A stretch of 63,829 nt of DNA, filler included, from Octopus bimaculoides (lineage: Eukaryota), in NCBI RefSeq assembly GCF_001194135.2. It is 4 parts of 4 records of this genome, joined end to end, with 100 filler letters (N's around TTAATTAATTAA, not from the genome) between each part and the next. Parts side by side here need not be neighbours in the genome. Positions count along the whole stretch, not along the records: positions 1 to 14,232 come from NC_068982.1; 3 more parts are not named here. The stretch is one strand, 5' to 3'. Of the stretch, positions 1 through 12,112 are shown one piece after another. The position numbers and the translations under genes were made by a program. Position 1 is the stretch's first letter. Each line of letters begins with the position of its first letter. Under the pieces are notes generated by a model. The model was not told where the DNA came from. It ran no database searches and worked only from the letters and a program-made list of their open reading frames with translations.

Positions 1-289
<289 letters not shown>

Positions 290-690
290 TAGTGTTAATT
301 GAGAAAGAAAACAATCGATGCTGGATCATAGATATAGCATGCCCAGTTGACAACAAGATATGCGATAAGGAAGAAAGAAAAGTTGATAGATATGACATGT
401 TAGCTTGGGAGGTCAAGCAGTTGTGCTCACTGAAAAAGGTGGTAGTAGTACCAATAATTGTCGGAGCCCTGGGAACACTGAGTACAAATCTTGGTAAGCA
501 CATGGAACAAATAGGGGCTGCCGTAAGGGTGGAGCACTTGCAGAAAACAGCACTGCTTGGAACCGCTCGAATACTCTGGATGGTGCTCGAAAAATAAGAG
601 GTGTTACCTTTGTTCACTGGTAATGAACAGCTGGCACCGTAGTGCATCTCCAGCGTTAGAAGCTGTGCAAAGACAATAAATAGTAATAAT
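290..690 (+). mobile_element. 5'-truncated Dong/R4 element, restriction-like endonuclease (RLE) C-terminus and 3'UTR
   Basis: IVLIEKENNRCWIIDIACPVDNKICDKEERKVDRY..L..EV..L....VVVVPIIVGALG...QKTALLGTARIL; begins directly after (AAT)n. Confidence 0.8.
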
Positions 691-810
691 AAATCTTCGC
701 AGGGTTCTTGAAGCATGACCAATAAACTAGTGTCACCTTAGTCTGATGGCTGTGGATAGCTGACACTTTCCATCTTACCCAGCAAAATAAGCTGTGAGTT
801 TTCATATAAT

Positions 811-817
811 AATAATG

Positions 818-857
<40 letters not shown>

Positions 858-865
858 TAATAATA

Positions 866-916
<51 letters not shown>
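811..916. repeat. Compound (AAT)n(GAT)n microsatellite
   Basis: Direct reading. Confidence 0.95.
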
Positions 917-929
917 TCATAAAGGAGTT

Positions 930-1535
930 GGAACCCAGGGGTATTTGAAGGTGATGGAATAAAACATTCAATGATGAGGGAAAGGATCAGAAGTGAATAT
1001 TATCGCAGGGTAAGGTCAATACTCAAGACAGAGCTGAATGCAAGAAACATGATCTAAGCGATCAATACTTTAGCCATACCGGTCGTGACTTACAGTTTCA
1101 ATATCATTAACTGGTCAGTTACTGAAATATGTAATGTTGACAGAAAGATACGAAAATTGTTGAGAATGTATAGAATGCACCAGCCTAAAGCAGATATAGA
1201 ACGACTTTACCTGCCAAGAAAAGAGGGTGGCCGTCGACTTTTACAACTGGAATTAACAATGAAGATTGCCACAATTGGCCTAAACACCTACCTGAAAAAC
1301 TCTGATGACTGGATGTTAAAACTTGTCTTAAGGCATCAAAACAAGAAAGCATCATACTCAGTAACAAAACAGCCAAAAGAATATCTAAATGAATTCCAAA
1401 TACAACAAATCCCAGAATTAGACGTACTGGAAACAAACACAGAAAAAGCTAAGCGTATGAAAACGCGTGCTAAACCTGCTGTCTTAGACATTCTTACTGA
1501 AAAATGCAAGAAAAATCTCTCAATGGCAAATACCC
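930..1535 (+). mobile_element. Dong/R4 reverse transcriptase C-terminal fragment (frameshifted)
   Basis: AINTLAIPVVTYSFNIINW...DRKIRKLL.MYRMHQPKADIERLYLPRKEGGR.LLQLE. Confidence 0.8.
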
Positions 1536-1557
1536 AAAGAGAGTTAATAGTAGTTAA

Positions 1558-1990
1558 TAGCTTCCTAGGTCTAAACAACAGTAGTATTATTCCCTTCATG
1601 GGACTGTCACATTAAGCTGACAGCATACAATTACTTCAACGTATCACTACTGCATAAATCTCTCAGAGATTTAGAAATGTATTATTTCTAATTTTGAAAT
1701 CAGTGAATGTATTTCACTAGAATTATTATATATTTACAAGAGCTTGACAGGCATCTTCGACTAGCAAGTCATGTTACCCCAGACTGATGACGAGCAAAGA
1801 CTCAGAAACATGTTTCTGGATGTAGGCTTAGCTGGGTGGAGGTGCTTATCTTCCCCTTGTAAACATAAGGACACATGAAATGTGTCAAGGCCAACAGGAA
1901 GCGGTGCAGCTTCCTAGGTCTAAACAACATTAGCATCATTCCCTTCATGGGACTGTCACATTACATTGACAGCATACAACTACTTCAAGG
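1558..1990 (+). repeat. ~80-bp direct repeat pair (about 1558-1640 and 1909-1990) bracketing a hammerhead motif
   Basis: agcttcctaggtctaaacaaca...cccttcatgggactgtcacatta...tgacagcatacaa.tacttcaa occurs twice, about 350 bp apart. Confidence 0.9.
1779..1819 (+). ncRNA. Minimal type I hammerhead ribozyme motif (Penelope-style, palindromic stem III)
   Basis: CCAGA-CTGATGA-c-GAG(caaaga)CTC-a-GAAA-CATG-TT-TCTGG. Stem I is CCAGA/TCTGG, stem II is GAG/CTC, stem III is ACATGT. An extra A before GAAA may impair activity. Confidence 0.6.
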
Positions 1991-2141
1991 AAATGATAAT
2001 CATAAAAATAATCTAAAAGTAGAATCGATCAAAATCGACAGAAGAAATTCGTATGGACCAACGAAAGTAATCCCCAAGAACAGAGTTCAACGATGACATA
2101 AGATTGCAAATCTTTTCATCGCAGACTCAATATGAAAGCGT

Positions 2142-2366
2142 GTCATTTATTTATTGCCCACAAGGGGCTAAACATAGAGGGGACAGACAAAGGGATTAAG
2201 TCGATTACATCGACCCCAGTACGTAACTGGTACTTAATTTATCGACCGCGAAAGGATGAAAGGGAAAGTCGACCTCGGCGTAATTTGAACTCAGAACGTG
2301 ACGGTAGACGAAATACCGCTAAGCATTTCGCCCAGTTCGCTAACGTTTCTGCCAGCTCGCCGCCTT
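2142..2366 (-). mobile_element. SINE family A (tRNA-derived), full length, with 13-bp TSD
   Basis: Minus strand AAGGCGGCGAGCTGGCAGAAACGTTAGC...TTCTGAGTTCAAATT...CTTTCATCCTTTCG.GGTCGATAAA; TSD AATATGAAAGCGT at 2129-2141 and 2367-2379. Confidence 0.9.
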
Positions 2367-2379
2367 AATATGAAAGCGT

Positions 2380-4040
2380 AGCATTCTGCCCAATATGAAA
2401 AGAGTAATGCATACTTTGAATCTGAAGTATATAAAAAAAGTACTCGAGCATCAATGTCTTAAGAAATAATATATAAAGCAGTAGTAAAGAATGTAGGCGC
2501 TCTTTCAGATTTACTCATATAGAAATATCAAAACTTAAGTAAACATCGTGGAACACAACTATAGAGAAAAGAAAACAAATAAAATCAATAATGAAAAGAC
2601 AAAACTGAAAGGGAAAAAGAAAGACAAATACTACGAAAATATAGCATATAAAATGAAGTACTCGAAATAAAAGAATATCTGAAACAAGAAACCATCGCCA
2701 AATCGCAAAGAATATGTTGATAAAAAAAACGACAATGATTCTTTGGACAAAGCAAAGGGTTCGGCTCCAACCCAAAACAATTGAGCAAGAAGTGGCTTGC
2801 AATAAATAGAAATCAATAACACTAGCAGCTAGGGAAGTAGAATTCTGGAGAGAAATAAATACGCAGAGCAAAGGAATCACCTTCACAGTGCGTATTGAAA
2901 TTGTTCAACATAACAAATGCAGCTACTGAACAATCTAGACTATATCAATGCATAAAGTAACCTGGATGCCACAAAAAGGCACCACCTCCATCAACAGAAA
3001 AACACTTGGAAAGGATAAGATCAAAAACTTCTGGTTGAAATATTTAAAGGGACATGATACCGAAAAAGCATAATAAAAAAATGAAGGATCCAGAGACTGC
3101 ACACTGAAAAGAAAAATTACCTTAAACACCAGAAGGGTAGAATGATGCAGCAAGGTTCATCTGGTAATGATCAATTATTGATTAACAAAACTTTGACCAA
3201 AGCTTTAGCCAATGACTGTACGAGAAGCAAGACAGAGATGAGTATAGAATGGAATAACTACCAGAAGTATTTTAGCAGTGTTCCTCGCTTGTGGGTTCTG
3301 AAAATAGCCATGAGTAAGGTAGCATCAACGATAGGCAGTGACTTGATCTGAGACTGCGTATTGAAACAGAAGTAACTGAACCGTGAAAGGAAAGAACCAA
3401 TTAATAACACACAAAGCTTTTAATTTAAATTTATTTCATGAGGCGTCAAAATTTTCATCGTACAATGTGCGACCTATTCATCAATACAATTTCACTACAA
3501 CACAAGACAGACCCCAAGTGCAGAGTCCTTGATGCCCATGATGAAACAATTGACCAAAACGTATCTAGATGTTCAACCTTGGCTGCAATCGAATATAAAG
3601 CTAGACACGACATAATTGGCCAATAAATTCGCTGGATTTTGTGCAAAAGCCTCGATGCTGAACATGCGAGAAGCTAGTATGAATACCAACCTAAAACAGT
3701 TGTTGAATGTATCGGCATTACCATCCTTTAAGATTTTACAGTACATACTGTTCGCACAATGAATACCAACAACCCAAATATTATTCGAGACACCAAAAAC
3801 AGAGCTGCCAACTCATAGATATATCAATGGCAAGGAATATGATAAACTTGCCAAGCATTAAGACTTTGAAATTGAAATAAGCAGGATGTGGCGTCTAAAA
3901 AAGGAAACAATACTAGGTGTAATTGGAGCGCTAAAACTGAAAAAAACAAAAACAGCCTGTGGTTTCCTTAAAAAATCCCAGGAAAACCTATCATATATGA
4001 AATAAAGAAATAGAACTAAACAATAAAGCTCACACTCTAG
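2380..4040 (+). mobile_element. Degenerate Dong/R4-like element (RT N-terminus, CCHC and RLE remnants)
   Basis: IKNFWLKYLK, DQLLINK...KYFSSVP.LW, CRV....ETID...S.C..LA..EYKARHD.IG, IEISRMW.LKKETI.GVIGAL; many stops and deletions. Confidence 0.7.
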
Positions 4041-4084
4041 TTCTTGTCCTTGTAATCTCTCATTTCATCTCATCTTTCTTGCCC

Positions 4085-4660
4085 GGTTATTCTTGGGAGG
4101 GTCGTAGTGGCTCAGTTGATCCGGCTGGATCCTTAAGCGAGACCAACTGAGCTCATGGATATTATCCAACCACCTTGCTCGTAGCCTACACCTGAGTCTC
4201 CTGCCGGTTGGTTTTGTCCGTAAGACGTGTCCAGCGATTCTTTCCGCGACATTCTTACCACATGTACATAGTATCGGAGCTGTGATATCTAAATTCGGAG
4301 CACCTCTCTGATATCAAAATAACCCCATCTCGGTCGCTTGTATTGAATGACTTCGACTTAACACCATTCAACCGAACGCAAATGCTATGGCATTCGTATA
4401 GAGACTTCATGGCAACAAGAAGCTGTCCATCGATCCCATACACCTGCAGAACCTTTCCCAAGTCCTGTAGAACGTGGTCGTGTGCCTTTTCGAGGTCTAC
4501 AAAACAGGCATACACCACTTGACAACATTACCACGATTTCTCGAAAACCTGCCGCAGTGTGAATATTTGTCAGCTGTGCTGCGTCTTGAGCGAAAACCAC
4601 ATTATTCACCAATCAACGTGGATTCGACAATATCCCTACATCTCTTCGCCTTGTAATCTA
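4085..4660 (-). mobile_element. RTE-clade (Rex3/Expander-like) LINE fragment, internally deleted
   Basis: VYACFVDLEKAHD.V...KVLQVYGIDGQLL.AMKSLY...VRLNG; C-terminal ARWLDNIHELSWSRLRI. Confidence 0.75.
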
Positions 4661-4834
4661 TATTCTCAAAACTTTTGGTGTTATTTCTATTTATTCTTTT
4701 ATTTTATGTCGACTCTAGGTGACTAGTAGTCATTCGACAGGTACTTATTATCTTGCCGATGTCAAAAGAGTGGTAATTACCAACAGCAAATATTCTGCTC
4801 AATACCATCTTGGTATAAAAGCCAATATTCTGCT

Positions 4835-5281
4835 CAGTGCCGCAGATTTGCTTGTCAATTGTTTGACCTTAACCAGTTGAGCATGTCTGTTGGTGGCTGA
4901 CAATATGTGCCTCTCTGATCACGAGCAGAAATAGTGGGGAAGCGTCATAGCCATATGTTGAGAGGAATTCTTTGGGGTTCGAATAATTCACCTCTGGAAA
5001 CATGGGTATGTCGTTTAACATCCTTAAACAACCCTTATTCAGGAACCTTTTGAGCGGGATGGGTACTCGATCTGAAGAAAATTCTAACTGGGACCCATCT
5101 GCAAAATCATGCACTGTTTATCTTGACATAAGATCACCATGTCGCACACATTTGGTTGTGTGGAATGTACTCGGTGTACTCTTATCAGACTGGTAGTCAT
5201 GATGGATATATTGGGCTTTGTAGATTTGTAACCTGGTGTCACTTTGATGGTATGCACTGCATTCTCAATAATAATAATAAT
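4835..5281 (+). mobile_element. Interspersed repeat ending in (AAT)n, probably a LINE 3'UTR or SINE
   Basis: Higher GC than flanks, no credible ORF, ends ctcaataataataataa; recalled as an Octopus-type repeat, unverified. Confidence 0.4.
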
Positions 5282-5861
5282 TCTGTATTTTATTAACCTC
5301 AAGGGCCCACACACACAGTACAAAACGTTTCATATAAAGAGGTTACAAGACATGTGGGGCGCATGCTATAATTCTCCACTTCTTTTACTGCTTAAGAATT
5401 AATATTTTGATTAGAAGGCACTTCCTGCCCCTGGCGGTCCATGGTAATAGAAGAATAACAATACAGAAATGTAAGCATAATTCTCCATAAAATATGAAAT
5501 ATATCTGATAATATCACCGAAACTAACCCTAAGTTAATAAGGTCAATCCTAAGTTAAGAAGACTAGTACTATATGGAGCCCAATGCATGCAACTGACACT
5601 TATTATATGCGATTATTACATGCATGTACTTATATTGTTGAAATAGCATACATATGAGGAAATTAGGTCAATACAAGAGACAAAGAAAACAAAAGAGAAT
5701 GAACATTTGAATATAAAATCAAACAAAGCGGAACGACACCAGTATATACAACTGATACTTGTTTTTATATTATACGTATTACACATGAGATTCTTAAACA
5801 CTAAACATGCTGTTTAAATAGCGCACACAAACAAATACATCTAACACACACATAAATAGAG

Positions 5862-6094
5862 GAGGCGACAAGCTGGCAGAAACGTGAGCACGTCGGGCGA
5901 AATGCTTAGCGGTATTTTGTCTGCCGCTACGTTCTGAGTTCAAATTCCGCCGAGGTCGACTTTGCCTTTCATCCTTTCGAGGTCGATTGAACAAGTACCA
6001 GTTACGCACTGGGGTCGATGTGATCGACTTAATCCGTTTGTCTGTCCTTGTTTGTCCCCTCTGTGTGTAGCCCCTTGTGGGTAGTAAAGAAATA
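5862..6094 (+). mobile_element. SINE family A, full length, with 16-bp TSD
   Basis: TSD ACACACATAAATAGAG at 5846-5861 and 6095-6110. Confidence 0.9.
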
Positions 6095-6266
6095 ACACAC
6101 ATAAATAGAGAATAGATAAACGCTTGAGAAAATCACAGCAAAACGAAACGAAATTATGATTATATGCTACATTCAATGAAATAAGATAAAATCAACGCTA
6201 TTTTGAAAAAAATGTCCCGAGATATATCAGTCAGTAACAAAACTTTATCATCCAGGACAGGATATA

Positions 6267-7512
6267 TTGGGTTGGCAACTGAGTTCCCGCTGTTTTTTTA
6301 ATTCAAATTTTTTAAAAGGTTTAATAAAAAATAACAACTAATGAATCAATAATGTATTCACCTTTGTTGTTTACAACTTCTTCCCAACGTTCAACAAGAT
6401 TTTCAATACCTCGTTGGTAGAAATCACCCGATTTCGATTCGAAAAATTGATCCAACCAAGCACTCAATTCTGCATCAGTATTGAACGAAACTCCGCGCAT
6501 AGAAAGAGATCAAAAGAGGTGGAAATCCGTTGGTGCCAAATTAGGAGAGTACGGCGGGTGTGGTAGTACTTCCCAGCTATGCGTTTGAACGGCTTCCTTG
6601 GTCATATTGGCGATATGAGGGCGAGCGTTTTGCAGCAGAAGAACTCCATACTGTCGATTAGGTCTTTTCGCTTGAACAGCCGTGTTGAGTCGTTCCATCT
6701 GTTGAACATAGAGTTCTGCGTTGACCGTTTGGTTCCGTTCAAGCAATTCGTAATGAATAATCCCTTCTCAGTCCCACCATACGCACAACATCATTTTACG
6801 CGGATGAAGATCTTGTTTCACGCCCGATGTCGCTTGTTTACTGGGGTTAAGCCATTCCTTATGCTGCTTCATATTGATGTACAGGCACCATTTTTCGTTG
6901 CCGGTAACGATTCGGTAAAGAAATCGTTGCTTGTGTCCATGAGTTGAGTGGTGACGAGCAAGCAAACCAGCGGAGATTGTGGCTCGTTGATTTTTGTTGC
7001 TGTCACATGCGGAACTCATGTTCCATACTTCTGAACTTTTCCCATCGAGTGAAGATGCTTCTCTATAGCAGTGTAGGACCATTCCCTTTTCTCTGCCAGT
7101 TCCCTTGTCGTTTGACGAGAATTTTCGTGCAAACGTTGGTTTAATCGCTCTCCATCGAACCCAACTGTACAGCCAGAACGAGATATGTCTTCGAGGTCAA
7201 AATTTCCATCTTTGAACTTGGCATACCAATCACGAGCGGTACTTTCAACTATGGCACCCTTTCCATACACAGCACAAATGTCGCGAGCAGCTTTTGCAGC
7301 CTTAGAACCTTGATTAAAGGCAAACAAGAGGAGGTGTCAAAAATGCTCGCTTTTCTTAACTTGACATTCCATTTTAATGATCTGAAAATAAACAAAAATT
7401 AACTAAAATTAACTTGAAAAAAACCCCCAAAAAACAAAATAGATTCCAAAATTTAAAAACGCAATAAATTCCAAAATTTATAAAAACGGCGGGAACTTAG
7501 TTGCTAACTCAA
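6267..7512 (-). mobile_element. Full-length mariner (DD34D) transposon, transposase pseudogene
   Basis: 31-bp TIRs TTGGGTTGGCAACTGAGTTCCCGCTGTTTTT / TTGAGTTAGCAACTAAGTTCCCGCCGTTTTT (4 mismatches), TA on both sides. ATG at 7372 (MECQV); VPH, RIVTGNEKW, QNARPH and YSPNLAPTDFHLF motifs split over 3 ORFs. Confidence 0.93.
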
Positions 7513-7559
7513 TATCATGGATTTCGAAGCTTGAATTTATTGCGATCATGACATAAAGA

Positions 7560-8400
7560 ACACATGGTTCTACAGTTACTTCCTCGGAAAAGGTTAACCC
7601 CAATCAGAAAGGATTGTCTTTTACTGTTAGACCCAGAATAAAAGCAATATTAAAGCAGAACGCTGGATTTATGAACATAACATTAAAGTGTTACATGCCT
7701 ATTACATATCAACACATGAGTATCATGAAAGTGATGCATAAGTTATGGGAAAGAAGTGAGGGAAATATCACTGCAAGCAAATTTGCAAATGTACGGAGAT
7801 TATAATGAACAATAACTAGATTCCAAAATAAGAATAAAATAAATCTTATGGAAATGCATGCTAAACATAAAACGAAACCGACTGCACATAATAATAACCT
7901 TACACAAAATAATTACAGAATAATAATAATAAAATAATAAAGGAAATTTGCTCTAAATACGAGAAACAGAAGATTCCATAAATGTCAGAAAATAATCTAA
8001 CGGCTATATATAAAATAAAGGAGTCCTCATGATACAGTGAAAATACTACTGACACCTTCTCTTTACGATAAACAAACAAGGTATTACAGCAAATCAGAAA
8101 TAGAGACAGAAAAAGAAAAAAAAATAACTAAATCTCTAATAGACTGTGAAGGCCACAGAAATCCTCAAAGAAACACACGATCACAAGAATATAACCGTGA
8201 TCCCTTACTTAACAACAAATGCAATAAAAACATGTATCCCATCAGAAAAATCAGGATCAGCATTGAGAAGGGCCTAACTGAAATAATAGATAAAATACAA
8301 GAGAACATAACAAAAGAGATCGGCATAAGCACCTGCCTAAGCTACACACGAAAAAGTAGCTCTACAAATAAACATGTAAATAAATATGAATGTCTGCGTT
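7560..8400 (+). mobile_element. Possible highly degenerate Penelope-like ORF (N-terminus and RT start)
   Basis: KGLSF..RP resembles the PLE N-terminal L.KGL.F.P motif; K.LL...Y.K and P.......K..YP.R.I resemble the PLE RT start; A-rich strand. Confidence 0.35.
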
Positions 8401-9594
8401 AGAAATTCTATCCACAGCAATAAATTACCTGAAGTTCAACCACCCGTGTGTGTGTGTATCTGAGTGTGTGTCTCTGTGTGTGTGCATGTGTGTATCCAAC
8501 TATGCACACATGCGCGTGTACATAATGTTGAAACTATTGGTGCCTACAGAAGATAATCGTGTACTTTTTCATAAGTCTATGGAATGGTAGAATCATCCAC
8601 CATCTTTCCAACAATTTTGAATTCAGTAGCTCTACCAGCCGTGGGCATACTTCATATATATATATATATATATATATATANNNNNNNNNNNNNNNNNNNN
8701 NNNNNNNNNNNNNNNNNNNNNNNNNNNNNNNNNNNNNNNNNNNNNNNNNNNNNNNNNNNNNNNNNNNNNNNNNNNNNNNNNNNNNNNNNNNNNNNNNNNN
8801 NNNNNNNNNNNNNNNNNNNNNNNNNNNNNNNNNNNNNNNNNNNNNNNNNNNNNNNNNNNNNNNNNNNNNNNNNNNNNNNNNNNNNNNNNNNNNNNNNNNN
8901 NNNNNNNNNNNNNNNNNNNNNNNNNNNNNNNNNNNNNNNNNNNNNNNNNNNNNNNNNNNNNNNNNNNNNNNNNNNNNNNNNNNNNNNNNNNNNNNNNNNN
9001 NNNNNNNNNNNNNNNNNNNNNNNNNNNNNNNNNNNNNNNNNNNNNNNNNNNNNNNNNNNNNNNNNNNNNNNNNNNNNNNNNNNNNNNNNNNNNNNNNNNN
9101 NNNNNNNNNNNNNNNNNNNNNNNNNNNNNNNNNNNNNNNNNNNNNNNNNNNNNNNATATATATATATATATATATACTGTTAATGAAAACCAGGGTGTGT
9201 TGCGTTCCGTTACTTAAGAATTGAAGTCATATATAGTAAATGCATTTTTTCACTCACACACACACGCACATACATACATACATACATACATGCATGCATA
9301 CATACATACATATGATTAGATGCGTTCGAAGCTGGACGATTAAACCATTTAAGTCTTGGCTCTAATGTTAATCGCGTTAAAATCCCGCCGTCGTTTGTAC
9401 ACCCAGGTGGTCCGTATTCGAGGGTGAGCTGTGACATAATATAAAAAACGCAGCAATATTAAAAGAAAAGAGCATGTGCATTGACTTGGTATTTCCTTAT
9501 TTCACCCTGAGCACTGTTCTAAGTCAATAGCCACATAAGATGTCTCCACAGTTTATATGTCATACTTCACCGTTTCATCGACACACTGTCTATA

Positions 9595-9850
9595 CCTGTG
9601 GTTCGCAGCAGGGGTCTGCATGACCCTTGGAGGTCACATAAGATTTTGCTGTTAAAATTTATGTGTAATAATTTCGTTACGCTTCTACAATACGCAAAAT
9701 ATTTTAAGAATTTTTCTATGCATTTCCGAATAATATATAATTATAAAAATATAATGGGACTTTTTTTAAACAACGAATGTCTATGGGGGTCCAATGAAGT
9801 AAAATAGGAGTCAAAGGAATCTACAGGCAAAAAATGGTTGAGAACCACTA
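9595..9850. mobile_element. hAT-type MITE remnant
   Basis: Ends GGTTGAGAACCAC(T); degenerate tgtggttcgcagcagggg start; same terminus as 23310-23324. Confidence 0.45.
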
Positions 9851-9939
9851 ATCCTATACTTTAGAGGGAAATGGTCCAGCTCGCTAAGTCATTCCCTACC
9901 ATTTTCGATTTATAACGTTTTTGTGCATTAAACTATTCA

Positions 9940-10278
9940 TCACTTCGTCTTCTTCCTCTACCTTCTACTTCTTGCCAGTTTCCTCCCACGAATCTTTTTG
10001 AGTTAATCCTTTGAGAATCGCTACAGCAGCAGCAGCAGCACTGTCCTCATCATACCAGACATCTACAATTCAGAGATTATGTTTGGAAAAAAAAAACTAT
10101 AGTTAACTATCTCTCACACAGAGTGCAGATATGCTGAAAGCATTTTGGAAAACAAGCAAAGCAGCAACAGCAACAACAACAACAACAACAACAACAAAAA
10201 GATGATCTTGAGCAACAGAAACAACAACAAGAACAAAGAAAATAATAAGAACAGCTTAAAAGAGGAACAAGAATCACG
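9940..10278 (+). other. Candidate non-coding first exon of the AT-hook/zinc-finger gene
   Basis: (CAG)n/(CAA)n-rich UTR-like sequence ending at donor CACG|GTAAAC; the phase-compatible frame contains TAA, so it would be 5'UTR. Confidence 0.25.
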
Positions 10279-10559
10279 GTAAACATAATATGAATAGCAC
10301 AAGTAGCGACGTAAATAATTTCAGTAACTGCAAATTTATCAACAGCGACACCTGCGGTCGTTACAATAACAACGACAACAACAACTGCAGCAATAATAAC
10401 AACAACAACAGCAACAACGAAATATATACTTATATCTTCTTACTTCTTCCTGCTAACCATATCTTCGTTCCGCTTCTTTCTCAGAACTTTAATATTCTTT
10501 AACGGAATTTCAATACAACTGCGCATACCTCGACACATATCTCTCCCCTTTACACGCAC

Positions 10560-10581
10560 AAGCGCATAGATAGATAGATAG

Positions 10582-10640
<59 letters not shown>

Positions 10641-10768
10641 GTCTGCCTGTCTGTCTGTCTGTCTGACTGACTGTCTGTCTGTACGTATAGATATATACAT
10701 AAATGTATGCATATATACATACACATGCACAGACACAAAACTCATACATATAAGCACACACACATGCA

Positions 10769-10802
<34 letters not shown>

Positions 10803-10820
10803 TGTATTTGTGTGTTTGTG
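10560..10820. repeat. Compound microsatellite (GATA)n(TATC)n(CTGT)n...(TG)n
   Basis: Direct reading. Confidence 0.9.
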
Positions 10821-12112
10821 TGTTTGTGTGTTTGCGTTTGTGAAGTGAAAAATTTAGTGTATCTTACTACTCAAAATTTCTAGCTGCAAGCGCTCTTCAG
10901 TTGGAGTGTTTACTCCATAGATATTAGGGAAACTTAACAGATTTTCTTATCAAACCTGAAACAGAATTCAGAAAAATGGAGGGAAAAAGTGGGTGGATAA
11001 TAAGCGAATTCGATAATGTTCTTTTGATATAGATAGATTAAGAATTTTATCTGAAATCCAAATCCATTCGGAGAGAGACTTGCACAGTTATACCACTTGC
11101 TTCTAAAATTGTATGTAGAAATATTCATTAAGACTGCTAAATTAATATTGTGTAAACTAATCTTTGTTTATACTAAATATATAAATATAGAATGTGTGTG
11201 CGTGTGTGTGTGTGTGCGTGTGCGTGCGTGCGTGTGTGTGTGTGCGTGTATGTGTGTATGTATATGTATATGTGTNNNNNNNNNNNNNNNNNNNNNNNNN
11301 NNNNNNNNNNNNNNNNNNNNNNNNNNNNNNNNNNNNNNNNNNNNNNNNNNNNNNNNNNNNNNNNNNNNNNNNNNNNNNNNNNNNNNNNNNNNNNNNNNNN
11401 NNNNNNNNNNNNNNNNNNNNNNNNNNNNNNNNNNNNNNNNNNNNNNNNNNNNNNNNNNNNNNNNNNNNNNNNNNNNNNNNNNNNNNNNNNNNNNNNNNNN
11501 NNNNNNNNNNNNNNNNNNNNNNNNNNNNNNNNNNNNNNNNNNNNNNNNNNNNNNNNNNNNNNNNNNNNNNNNNNNNNNNNNNNNNNNNNNNNNNNNNNNN
11601 NNNNNNNNNNNNNNNNNNNNNNNNNNNNNNNNNNNNNNNNNNNNNNNNNNNNNNNNNNNNNNNNNNNNNNNNNNNNNNNNNNNNNNNNNNNNNNNNNNNN
11701 NNNNNNNNNNNNNNNNNNNNNNNNNNNNNNNNNNNNNNNNNNNNNNNNNNNNNNNNNNNNNNNNNNNNNNNNNNNNNNNNNNNNNNNNNNNNNNNNNNNN
11801 NNNNNNNNNNNNNNNNNNNNNNNNNNNNNNNNNNNNNNNNNNNNNNNNNNNNNNNNNNNNNNNNNNNNNNNNNNNNNNNNNNNNNNNNNNNNNNNNNNNN
11901 NNNNNNNNNNNNNNNNNNNNNNNNNNNNNNNNNNNNNNNNNNNNNNNNNNNNNNNNNNNNNNNNNNNNNNNNNNNNNNNNNNNNNNNNNNNNNNNNNNNN
12001 NNNNNNNNNNNNNNNNNNNNNNNNNNNNNNNNNNNNNNNNNNNNNNNNNNNNNNNNNNNNNNNNNNNNNNNNNNNNNNNNNNNNNNNNNNNNNNNNNNNN
12101 NNNNNNNNNNNT

